The notes below the pieces were generated by a model. It searched no databases, was not told the DNA's origin, and was given only the letters and a program-made list of their open reading frames with translations. Shown here piece by piece: positions 10,797-21,439 of a DNA stretch of 30,620 nucleotides. Source of the stretch: Psammoneis japonica (taxonomy: Eukaryota). Within the stretch, counting starts at the first letter, position 1; each line of letters opens with the position of its first letter. The position numbers and the translations under genes were made by a program. The stretch spans positions 310,001 to 340,620 of the forward strand of contig QPGO01000092.1 in assembly GCA_008632985.1 (NCBI GenBank), given 5' to 3'.

Positions 10797-11618
10797 CTAT
10801 TTTACAGGATGGCATTTTTCTCGCCAGTCGGCAATCCATTGTAATGCCATTTCAGACGATGTCGAATAGCTCAAATCAAAATGAACGCCGTATAAGCCTT
10901 TTGTTTCTTGGCATGATACGTTCATGCCACTCGTACCAAATATTGTGTTGGCTTTGTAGATTGCGTCATGGTTGACGCCGGTACGCTGTTTGCGCTGGGC
11001 TGTATTGGCCATTTGCAACTTGGCCACTCTGTACCATTCTTCCGCGCTCCCTGATATCATGTTTGAAAAGGGTACAGCATCCGGGGCTTCCTCGTATGAA
11101 TGAATCGTTAGTCGCTTGTCGTTTGGGAGCTCATGATTGAAGTTTTCGAGCGGAAAGGTATTGTGACTGATGAACCAACCACCCTTCACCACCGACATGG
11201 CCAACATTTGCCAAACATAGCGACGGTCTTGGTCACTGAATGCATGTTCATCCATCATATCAGAAAACTTTTCAAAGTCTTGAGGTTGTTTTGCATTATT
11301 GATATTCAGGATTTGGGGTGTCCAGTCATGGTCCGACCATGCTTGGCTCCACGCCGACATCCAGTGTTCGTGGTCGTCGTCGGAGGGACCTGAATCGAAA
11401 GTGTAAATAATGGATTCCGCGGTAGTAGAAGATGTCTCAGAAAGTTCCCGACTTGGTTGTGGTGGTACAATAAATCTCTTGTCATATAGTGACTTGCTCC
11501 CACGAAGCGCCACACCGTTCGGTGCCCTGCAGCTCATGTGAAAACACACAAGTAGAATGGAAGGGACAAGAATCGGCGGTATTTTTCTCCACGGTCTATT
11601 CTTTTTCTCAGCCATCAT
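10797..11618 (-). CDS. Hypothetical type II membrane protein (diatom family, possibly glycosyltransferase-like)
   Basis: Long ORF. Basic N-terminus plus hydrophobic segment (IPPILVPSILLVCF), then WMSAWSQAWSDHDWTPQIL, LAMSVVKGGWFISHNTFPL and ISGSAEEW. Confidence 0.7.
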   Translation of the reverse strand: MMAEKKNRPWRKIPPILVPSILLVCFHMSCRAPNGVALRGSKSLYDKRFIVPPQPSRELSETSSTTAESIIYTFDSGPSDDDHEHWMSAWSQAWSDHDWTPQILNINNAKQPQDFEKFSDMMDEHAFSDQDRRYVWQMLAMSVVKGGWFISHNTFPLENFNHELPNDKRLTIHSYEEAPDAVPFSNMISGSAEEWYRVAKLQMANTAQRKQRTGVNHDAIYKANTIFGTSGMNVSCQETKGLYGVHFDLSYSTSSEMALQWIADWREKCHPVK

Positions 11619-12292
11619 GATGTAAAGTGTGAATCTATGCAGCTCGGGGTGTTGACCGGAGTTTTGAGAGTTTGTGCCTAGAAACTTTTTTGGTGCTTTT
11701 TGCTTTCGAGTCGTCGAGGCAGGGAAAAGAAGGATGGATGTCGGGATCCAAACACTCAAAAACAGCTTTGTGGCGCGAGATCGATGCCGGTCATTTTTGA
11801 ATATTCATCGACTACGCGTCTGCAGATGTCTGAGACATTAGTATCGCAAGGATTGTAGCCACAGTATCTTCAAAAGTGTCTTGGTTTTACTCAATCATAA
11901 ATAGATATTTCCGTTGAAAAGTTAACGCAAATGGAATGACGTTTTCACCTATATGTTTACGCGATCTGCTGTCATGACAATGGACTAATTCCCAAGGCTT
12001 AATCCCGAGGCGTCTTTGGGTGCTTTGGGAATAAGAAAAAGGGTCACAAAGACTTTTTCAAAAGCCTCATGCGTATGACGTCGAGATGCACGCGTTTTCG
12101 CGCAAACGCTTCCGCGTCCACTTCAACTTGGAACTTGGCGCTTGGTGCAGAAGCTGAAGAGAGCGCTATGGTACTTCTATGAAGACGATGAACGGGTGAG
12201 AATCCACAATCATCGTTGTTCTGCAATCCCCGCGACTTTCGAACCTTAGATCATCGTATTGTGACAAGAAAGGAACACGGCTTTGAGAGCGA

Positions 12293-13114
12293 ATGTACTT
12301 TTCGAATAGAAAACTTCTGGTTCTCCTTTTTTGCTTCCAGAGTTTGCCCCGTACCACCCAAGCCGTGAGGAGTCCTTCGTTTTTAACCATGTCGCCGCAA
12401 AATCGTGACTCTGCGGTATTGACTGATTTAAAAGATACAATTCGATCACAAGCTGCTGAAATTCAGAAACTGAAACAGCAAGTACAAAAAAATGGCGGGT
12501 CTGACGTTGGGCATGGAGGCGGCGCACATGGAGGAGGTCCAGCGCCAGATGCTACGACTTACAGGACAAAGAACTTTTTTCATTTGGCAATGTCAAGAGT
12601 GGGATGGCTCAGTCTTTTCTTGGTATCGCTCTCATTGACTGCAATAATCATGAATGGATTTGAGCACACGCTTTCACGTCAGATTGAGCTAGCGTACTTT
12701 GTCCCTCTATTGGCGGGGCATGGCGGTAATACGGGGGGTCAAACGGTAGGAACAGTCCTGAGTGCAATGTCATCTGGAACGGTTACCCTAAGAGATGCTC
12801 CTCGAGTTATTGGAAAAGAAGCTTTGAGTGGGCTTACTGTGGGCTGCTTCCTAGGTGCCGTGGTTGGGCCCGTTGTTCACTATTTTATGGGAATATCTGT
12901 GCATGTTGCAGCAGTCGTATCATGTACTCTCCCGTTGACATCGACCATTGCAGCAACCTTGGGATCGGTCATTCCCTTTGCATGCGTTGCGGCGGGTTTG
13001 GACCCAGCCATCATTTCAGCACCAGCTATGACATCATTCGTTGATGTCAGTGGGCTAATGGCATACTTTATCATTGCCAACCATATCTTTGCGCACTTTG
13101 GTATTGAGCTGTAA
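12293..13114 (+). CDS. mgtE: MgtE/SLC41-family divalent cation (Mg2+) transporter, membrane domain only
   Basis: Motifs RVGWLSLFL, LAYFVPLLAGHGGNTGGQT and GLDPAIISAPAMTSFVDVSGL are MgtE TM signatures, including the Mg-binding Asp. Alternative start at ATG 12389. Confidence 0.9.
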   Translation: MYFSNRKLLVLLFCFQSLPRTTQAVRSPSFLTMSPQNRDSAVLTDLKDTIRSQAAEIQKLKQQVQKNGGSDVGHGGGAHGGGPAPDATTYRTKNFFHLAMSRVGWLSLFLVSLSLTAIIMNGFEHTLSRQIELAYFVPLLAGHGGNTGGQTVGTVLSAMSSGTVTLRDAPRVIGKEALSGLTVGCFLGAVVGPVVHYFMGISVHVAAVVSCTLPLTSTIAATLGSVIPFACVAAGLDPAIISAPAMTSFVDVSGLMAYFIIANHIFAHFGIEL

Positions 13115-13318
13115 CACAAAACTTTGACGGATAAGGACTCGATTGTGATCGTTTAGGTATGCCTCATTATTCTGCCAAATTTTACTCTAATATTAACCCT
13201 TTAGAAGTAGAGACTCACTTGCAATACTTCTCTTTTCGGCGTTTCAAGAACCATAATCTTCTAGAGAGAGAGAGTCACGGTTAAAGAGAAACACGAGCAG
13301 ATATCATTTCACAACTTG

Positions 13319-15673
13319 TCATGGAACACTAGTCACTGTGAAATCCTCCAAGTCTGCAAAAGAGTAACGCGTCGATGTGGAAGAGGACCAGGACCCTGGA
13401 GACGCGAGCGACCGCAGAAGCTCTTCCTTGCTCCCGCTTTTTTCGCCATTGTATCTGAAATTGTCACCGGATTCAAAGGCAAGATCTTTCATGGGAGCAA
13501 GATCAATGGGTAGAGCACTCTTTCGTCCATAAAAGAACCACGGTAACCCTGATCGCCTCCAGTATCCACTGTAAGAGAATCCACTTACATGAACAACGTC
13601 ATTGTCCACAGAAAGACAATATAACAAGATTGTATCTCCGGAGGTAGACAAAGAAAAGGAGCCGTCAACGTTTACCCAGTCTGTCGTGTAGGCTACAGCA
13701 TCGTCCCCCTATCCAAAGATAGTCCCCTCAGGAATGCCACCACTGGGTATTGTCATCTGGCAAGTCCAAGTCGAATTCAAGTTACGAGAAGTCAGTGTAC
13801 CATCACGTGTGACTTCAACATGACCGGCAACAGTTCACTTCTCTTACCTTCACGATGCCTTCTCTTAAACGAGTACGAAATCCTGACCCCGTCCAGGCAT
13901 TATCGGTCATGTATAGATCGACTCCTTCGTCCAAGTCGGTGAGGGCGACTATTGCAACAGTATCAGGATCATCCGAATTCACACCAATCACCATCACGTC
14001 TCCTGCTTGCCATCCGTTACAACTTCCATCACGTGGACCTGAAATGGCGTCGGTTGTCACTTCAAATGGAATTTGGTTCGGGACGAATAGCTCGGCATCA
14101 GAGCCTACCCACATGTCTGGATCATTCAAGAACGATGCGATTTCGTCTCTGGATCCAATGCGTGGTCCTTGATAGTTGTAGTTGTCGTTATGATCCAGAG
14201 CTGTCGAGAAAACCGGCTCAATCTCCTTTGGCAGTGCGCTCGTCCCTGAGCCGTATTCTGAAGATTCTAAGCCTGAAGGCTGCCAATCCCCACTATATGA
14301 AAACCCGCTGATGTGCACAACATCGCCGTCACCTTCTACACAATAGAGAAGAATTGTGTCACCTCTAGATGATAACGAGAAACTCCCTCCAATTCGAAGC
14401 CAGTCAGTAGCATAGGCTAAGTCCAGATCGCCGAATCCAAATATGCTACCTGATGGAATACCACTATCCGGAATTGTCAGCTGAAAACAACCAAACGGGA
14501 TAAATTAAGCAAGGCGAAAGAAGCTGTAGAGATTTACCAACTGAACCGAGAATAGAATACACGGGGTATACGTACCTTTACAATTCCTTCATTTGTTCGA
14601 AAGGAAGTTCCTGTCCAAGCGTTGTCGGTCATGTACAAGTCTGCGCCACCTTGCAAGTCAGAAAGAGCAACGAGAGCTACCACACCGTCTGATCCATCCG
14701 AATTCATCATTGTGACCATGATATCACCGGCATTCCACTCTTGACAGCTGCTTGTCCCACCAGGTGGAAAAGGTGACGGAATAGGTGGAGCCGGTGCTGG
14801 CTCTGGATTTGTGCTTGAACAATTCCGAGTGTTCGCTGGAGCGCCAAAGATTGACGTGGCGAGTTCGGGGAAATCGACAAAAGGATTCCGGTTTCCTTGC
14901 CATCGTTCGCATACTCTGTCATTCCTAGTCCGTTCTTCTTCACTCACAGGGTCAGCGATATGCCACTCTAGCAATTCACTAAGATACCCCAAGTGGTTGC
15001 TTTGGGTAGGACAATCGGTCAGCTGCAAATCCATGTCGTATGGGTTGTTACCACTGTATCGTAGATCCATGTAAAACAGAGCACGAGCGACATCACCACG
15101 GACTGCGGCTGGAGGTAAAAAGACGGCATCATCCGTGCTTGTGTCATTTGCGGCTTGTGGATGTGCAGGCGTAATGCATGGTCCACCGCCATCCGTGCGA
15201 CGGGTGCAGTCACCAAAATGCTTGTTACTTCGAGCGGAATTGATCCTGGTGTTGGAAGGACGAAGATGATGAACATCGGTAAAGTCATAGCCTCCGCTAC
15301 CAACTCCGCGAGATTTTGGCCAAAGGTGTTCTCTGTTCCAGGGAGTTGTCGATCCTCCGTATGGCTGCACTGGCATATCGACATTGGAATAGATCAAATC
15401 AATAGTATTTGGTAACGAAGATCCCGGATGAAGATCAATGAGAGCATCCCATACATCATCATTTGTACTGCTTGTGTATGGAAGTTGATTTCGATGAGTC
15501 CGATCTAACAAATCCACTAGATCGTTTCGTGTCCAGTCTGTTGGATTGATTTCCGCCCCCGCCGCAACATTATTTTGAAAGTAGTATGTTTCAATGCTGC
15601 AGTCTGTAAACAAATTTTCAGCAGCACGGACGAGATTGATCCCAAAGGTTAATATCAAAAAGAAGAGTTTCAT
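13319..15673 (-). CDS. Secreted Endonuclease I family (Bsn/EndA-like His-Me) nuclease with two tandem C-terminal beta-rich domains; in-frame TAG in the last exon
   Basis: Exons 15673-14576, 14480-13848 and 13756-13319. Signal peptide MKLFFLILTFGINLVRA. Motifs WNREHLWPKS, TDVHHLRP, NSARSN, RGDVARALFYMDLRY and QGNRNPFVDFP. Pro-rich linker, then two GD-x-MV...LYMTDNAWTG...GDTILLYC repeats. TAG at 13711-13709. Confidence 0.88.
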
Positions 15674-16174
15674 CTCGAGTTGGAAGTACGGTACAGTATT
15701 AGATCCCATGATCTGACATCGAATTGTGAGCAATACACAGAGAAACAACCGTACCGGTAGCGCTGGTCCCGGATTGAAGGCAGACACGACTTGATGTCAC
15801 CGGTGAATAAAACTACTCAGTAGCTTATAAAATTTTATATAGCACACGTGTCACATGAATAGCGAACCCTACTCTGATCATTGATTGGTCAATTGACTGT
15901 CGCACACATCAACTCCGACTGTTCTCCACCAGACTTCAGCCAATCAAATCACTCAATGTACTGGTATTGAACAAGCGTAGGATCTACGTGAGAAAAAGTG
16001 CGAGGTTTTTCCGGTGTGAGCGAGCGAGGGTGTGTGCGTGATGCAGTCGTTCTCACATGCATTTCAGGAAGTTTGTTGCGAAGGTTGAAGTCGAACGAGA
16101 AATACAAAAAAGCGACAACAGCACCGACGATCTTTAATCTGTTTATTGTTTTGTATGGAAGGATCAGCGAGACC

Positions 16175-17838
16175 ATGAGAGCAGGAAACATGTTAAATGA
16201 AAAGAATGCAACTTCTTATCAGAAGGGAGAGGAAAGCAATGCTCTTCTGGATCACGATGTGGAGCGTATGAGTGCGAGGAGTCGCTTTCGATATGAGCGA
16301 AAGAATTCGATGAAGCGAACGAGGCTCGTGGCTTTGGGTGCGGTACTTTTCACCGTTGCTGTTCTTGTCGCTATTACTGCGATATCGAATGAATCTTCAG
16401 AGGGCGAGGAGAGCAATCTTATGCATCGGTAAGACGCAAAGGTATGCACAAGTCGCTATACACTTATCATATCAATTCTCAGTTTTCGTCCTTGCGCTTG
16501 TTTCATAACATCACAGCGAAACCAAGAGCGGCAAGAACAAGTGGCAGGAGCAAATGAAAATGGCAGAAGAGGAGAAAAAGCGTATTGACAAGTGTAACGA
16601 TGGCAAGTACTCGAAAGAAACTCTGAAACTAGCGTACGAGCTACCGTTCTCTGCCCTGTTCAAAGACAATCGCAACCAAAAGAGGTTTGAAGCTTCTGAT
16701 GTGACGTTGGTCGGTGACTATGCTTACGCGGTATGCGACAACTCTTGGGCAATTTCAAGATTTGGGGCCTCGCTAACGCCGTTTTCGAGTGACAACATTC
16801 TTATTGGCGATCCTTACAGGGAGGAAGATGTAAGGCATCATCATCTGTACTGTACGCTGTAATGCTGTGTTGCATCGGACGTATCGTTTGCTCACAGGGC
16901 GATTTAATTTATCTGCGCATTCTCACTTTTAGGAGTCTGGATACGAGGCGATTCTTCATGAAGCTGGAGTGTTTTACATTGTGAGAGAGTCAGTTTTGGA
17001 TGAGGGGTCTTATCATGCCGTGGTGGAAGAGATTACCGTGAACGAAAGCGACACTTTGGACTACGACATTGGAGACTCTTGTCCTTGCGAATTTAAATTT
17101 GGAGGTGACAGGTTAGTGTGTTGAGCTATGTTGTGGTTTGCGCCTGATACTTTTCTCTAACGCACATTGTTTGCTATGCTACTATGTCTCTCCGCGAGCA
17201 GCAAGGGATTCGAGGGTGCGATCTCCTTTCTCGACAGCACCAACACGATGGTTATAGTCGGTCTCTGCGAAGGAAATCTATGTTCAGAGTCCGCCAAAGA
17301 CAAGCCAGGAAATGGTCGCTTAGTAGCAATGAAGAAGGAGCAGGGTGAAGACGGCTGCCAGTGGAAGACCGTGAAGGAAATCAAGATTCCGAAATCAGCT
17401 TACTTTATGGATTATTCTGCGATCACCATGAATGAAGAGGGTGACGTTGCCATTTCATCTCAAGAAAACAGTGCCGTGTGGATTGGAAAGCTCAAGGGTC
17501 TACAGGAGGATAGTGGTTTGTGGGATTTGGATGAGGTGGAGTTTGACGAAGATGACTATAATCTCTTCCAGTTCCCGAAGAGTTCAGAATGTCACACTGT
17601 GTATTGCAACGTCGAGGGAATTCATTGGCTAGACAACAACATGCTAATGGCTGTGAGCGATAAAATGAAAAGCAAGGGAAAACAAGACTTTCGGTAAGTT
17701 TCATCTTCGGTACGGCGGTTTCTCTATTGCAAAAAGAAGTCATCTTACTCGCTCCTTACTCATCATGATCATGTTTTTCTTGTGCGTTTCAGATGCTTTG
17801 ACAAGGACCAAAGTGTTCATGCGTTTGTCTTGCCGTGA
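16175..17838 (+). CDS. Conserved hypothetical type II membrane protein, probable beta-propeller ectodomain; 5 exons
   Basis: Exons 16175-16428, 16517-16829, 16933-17111, 17202-17693 and 17793-17838 splice in frame with GT-AG introns. TM segment LVALGAVLFTVAVLVAITAI. Recurring acidic motifs FEASDV, SGYEAI, SKGFEG, DYSAI and YCNVEGI...VSDK. Confidence 0.85.
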
Positions 17839-18282
17839 TAATTCATCTTGTCTTTTGTCAGACTACATCATACCTTGTTTCGGATACGCTCAAGGTGTAG
17901 TGTTACAATGAGATACATACCAATACATGAAAACAAGCGAAACGCGACCGCTACGAATCCAATATCGCTCTCAAATGAGATAAAATTGAGAGTACTTGCT
18001 AAGATAGCACTACACTAAAAATAATTGACTATTCAAACACGTACATTATGAATAAAGGTTTAGTGTGTTTGAGAGCTCAATCCGAACTCCTTCCCGCCAA
18101 CACGACGGATCTTTGACTTTCGACTTTCTTTTTGCAGTTTCTTTGCCGTTGTGGCGTCACTGCCATCATAGCACTCGTCACCACACAACGCAGCGGAGGT
18201 GAGTGAACAACCACAGCAACGTAAATCGCACCTACAACAGAAAAAGGAAGTGGAATAAAGAAAGCTAGAGGGAGAATCGATC

Positions 18283-19259
18283 ATGGCTAGAGTCCCTGGC
18301 AGACTGATCAACGAAGATGACATGGCCTATCTCAGGGACGATGATAGACCCCCGGTAACAGAGGTCGATCCTTTGCTGCAAGAACCGTCCGTGTTATCTG
18401 GAGACGACGACCTTCTTGATGATGAAGAAGAGGAGACGTCACCACGGCGTTTGGCGATACTATCCTTCTGTATTGTAATGTTTGCGGCCTTGCTTGTTGT
18501 CTCGTTTGATATATATGGATACTATCGCCCGCCCCCGTATTCCAGTCTATCGAAGAAACACAAAAAGAGCAAAAAGTATTATCACAAGCACCCATTTGAA
18601 CAGTACAACACTGACAAGCTACCGAAGAAGAAAAAGAAACACCATCACCATCATAAGTATTGTAATAAGAAAAAGAAGCATTGTCACCGGAAGAAAAATG
18701 CCACAGAAGCACCGATTGAGGACAGCAATCAGAACACGACATCTCAGCTACAAGACTTGAGTGATGACCTGAACTACACAGTCCCTGTTATGGATCCTAG
18801 CGATATGGAGTACAGGACGCTCCCTCCACGCCCCATCAATCGCAGGCTTCGATATACTGAACAGGAAGAGCGGTCGTAGAGAAATGCGAACGAGGCTCCG
18901 TACGCAAGCGCATGCAGTTCAAGACGCGTCATGGGCGAATCTTTCGTCCCTCGTAACGATTTGGACTTGTATGTTTTTGGTTCTTAATTCGTTTGAAGAG
19001 GGGTTGAGGGAGTCGAGGATGATGTCTGATCAGGGTGCAGTTGTATCGAAAGCACGACCATGCGAGTTTTCACTTTAACGGACCGCAGACTCGGAACGAC
19101 GCTGATGCCGCTGCATCTATCCTTGAGCTGTTAGTTAGTTGGTTGAAATGGAAGAATCGCAGGTTTTCTCTGGAAAAGTTCAGAAGATCATTCGAATGGA
19201 GTGCACAACATGAGGACCGGCTTTTGGATGGTAGGCTGCTACAGCAAGAAAATGCGTAG
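18283..19259 (+). CDS. Lys/His-rich single-pass membrane protein; 3' part (after about 18860) frame-disrupted
   Basis: ORF 18283-18879 has an acidic N-terminus, a TM segment (LAILSFCIVMFAALLVVSF), a KKHKKSKK...KKKKKHHHHHK tract and RRL. Protein-like sequence continues in other frames to TAG 19259. Confidence 0.6.
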
Positions 19260-19559
19260 GATGATACATGACATGAGAATGGAAGCCAAAGTCAAGCGCA
19301 TAGAGCGTTAAAACATCTAGCTGTTCGTTTTAGGGCCAATTTTCTCCTCAAGAGTGATCCATTCACCTCACTTTCTCAGGATGCACTGGCATTTAACCAA
19401 TCAATGCGGGCGAGGCACAGCTTCCAGGGTCATCGTCATCTTTCCCAAGGCGACAAAAGAGGAGCAGGTGTTCATGTGTTGAAACCACCGATACAATCTG
19501 CCTGGTCTGAATTGATAAAATCGTGGATCTCCTTCTAGACACAACTGGGCATCATCTTG

Positions 19560-21120
19560 ATTGAAGGTCTTGTCAGACAGATTTTTGTCTCCTCTCCCTC
19601 CAACTTGATCTGTTACAAAACTGCCACACGGCCATTGATGTGTTTTTTGCACTTTGTGATTGACATGTGACCATTTCTCTCCAACAGGGCTGAGCTTCAG
19701 CTGTCCTGATGTGGGGCACTGTCCCACATCTCACATGTCCCTGCTGGGGCTCTTTAGAAAATTCCAAGTCCACAGCAACTGGGAGCAGCACACCAACTGC
19801 TGTCATGAACCCCCGCTGGTGCTTGGGCTCTGTCAAGCTCCCAGTGCTCAGCTTCTTCTTGGAAAATGGCCAATCAGCACACATCCTCCCAGGCTCATGG
19901 CCACAAAGCTGCAGTTTCTTGTGCCTTTGCATGTGGCACAGCAGCACAGAGGGCATCAATCTGTGCCAATGGGTGACACCCAATTTGTCCAAGCTGAGAC
20001 AGCAGCAGAGTGGCAAAGCCCTCAAAAGTTGCTCTTGCAGGTGTTTTTGTGTGCAACAGACACCAACTTTTTGACATCACATGATCCTGAGCCTTGTGCT
20101 CTCATTGTGCGCAGCACCAAAAACTAGATTGCACTCTCTGCAAGTCTGGCCATGTTCATCTTGACAGGAAAAGTGGTTTTTGCAATGTTTTTGGATGTGA
20201 GCACACACTGCTTTCTTCTGTCAGGGGTCTGAGGCTCTTGTCCTCAATGACGTCAAAAAGGTGGCTGGGCTCCAGAGCAGCAGGGCTCTCTCCTCCACCC
20301 ATGCTTGCTGGCGGCAGTTTCTCAAGCATTTGACAGCCACCTCTTGGTTGTTGGGTGTGTTGGGTGCATGCCCAGAGAGACAGACATTTGCACACACAGA
20401 TGGCAGCTAAATCACCACCTGAGTTCCTCCTCCACTCGCTTTCCTTCACCACGGCCAGCGCCATTTGTGCACGTGTTGCGCCGCTGCCCCAGCGACATCT
20501 TGTCAGATTGCCCAGACACAGCTGCCTGATGGCATTTCATCAGTGTGTGTTGGAACATGTTTGGCTCTTGTTGGCCTTTTCTTCTTTTCAGCTTTGGGAG
20601 ACTCTCTCCACCCTCGCTTGACACAGCGGCAGCTCCTTGAGCACCTCATCGTCAATGTGTTTGGGGTGTGTGTGTGTGTGTGTGTGTGCTGGGTGCTTGA
20701 CCTTTCTTTTTTACCACAGTTGACAGCAAGCATGCCCAGATGTGCATCATGTGTGTGTTGACAAGAGACTGTCAGAGCTCTGAGAATTTTGCCACACTCC
20801 TCTTTCAAAATGTCTTTGAAGGTGTTCATCATTGCACTTGATTTTGCCTGGGACATTTTCAAATTTTGAAATGCTGCGGAACAGTGGGCACACTGCTCTC
20901 CTCCATTGGCAAGTTGTTTCACAACACACACACACACAATGACCATGAACAGAGTTCTGCCAACAGCTTTGGGACCTTCTGTGATTTTGACAGAGGACAC
21001 TGCTTTCAATGTTTTCTTGCTCAAAAAATGAAAAACAAGTTGCACAAGAAACTAAAAGTTGCACAAAAAACCATTTGCAGTCACATGGGCAAACATTTGG
21101 CAAATTAGAAAAGCAGTGCT
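19560..21120. other. TpA/CpG-erased block 3
   Basis: About 7 TpA in 1.55 kb by manual count, few CpG, TG/CA-rich. Contains (GT)n and (AC)n tracts. Confidence 0.75.
20666..20688. repeat. (GT)11 microsatellite
   Basis: Directly visible. Confidence 0.95.
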
Positions 21121-21439
21121 GAATGCTTCTCTAAGCCTGTGGCTGAACGGACGCAAATCGCACAAGCTGACATGTTTTTGTCTCTTGTCCTTCGTCCGTG
21201 GTCCTCTTTTCTGGCTGTTCTGCCCCCCATGTCTCACGCCACAACTCACGCGAAATCCTAAGTACATCACCTCCGGTTTTTTAGTCTTTCGCCTCATTCA
21301 AACGGGATCCTCCTCGATCCTCGACCAGAAACCTCAAAAAGAGCACTTCCCTTGCTGCGTGACGCAGACAGCCTTAATGCACGTTGCATCTACTCTAGGT
21401 GTACCTCGCAGCTAAACAAGACCAACTTTTACATGTTTC

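Noticed and set aside
12095..12103. E2F-like site TTTTCGCGC upstream of mgtE
   Set aside because: A single short match in a CpG-rich promoter; it could easily occur by chance.
21377..21398. Helitron-like 3' end (ATGCA-CGT-TGCAT hairpin then CTAG) beside block 3
   Set aside because: The stem is only 5 bp, the next base is not T, and no matching 5' end or Rep/helicase remnant was seen.
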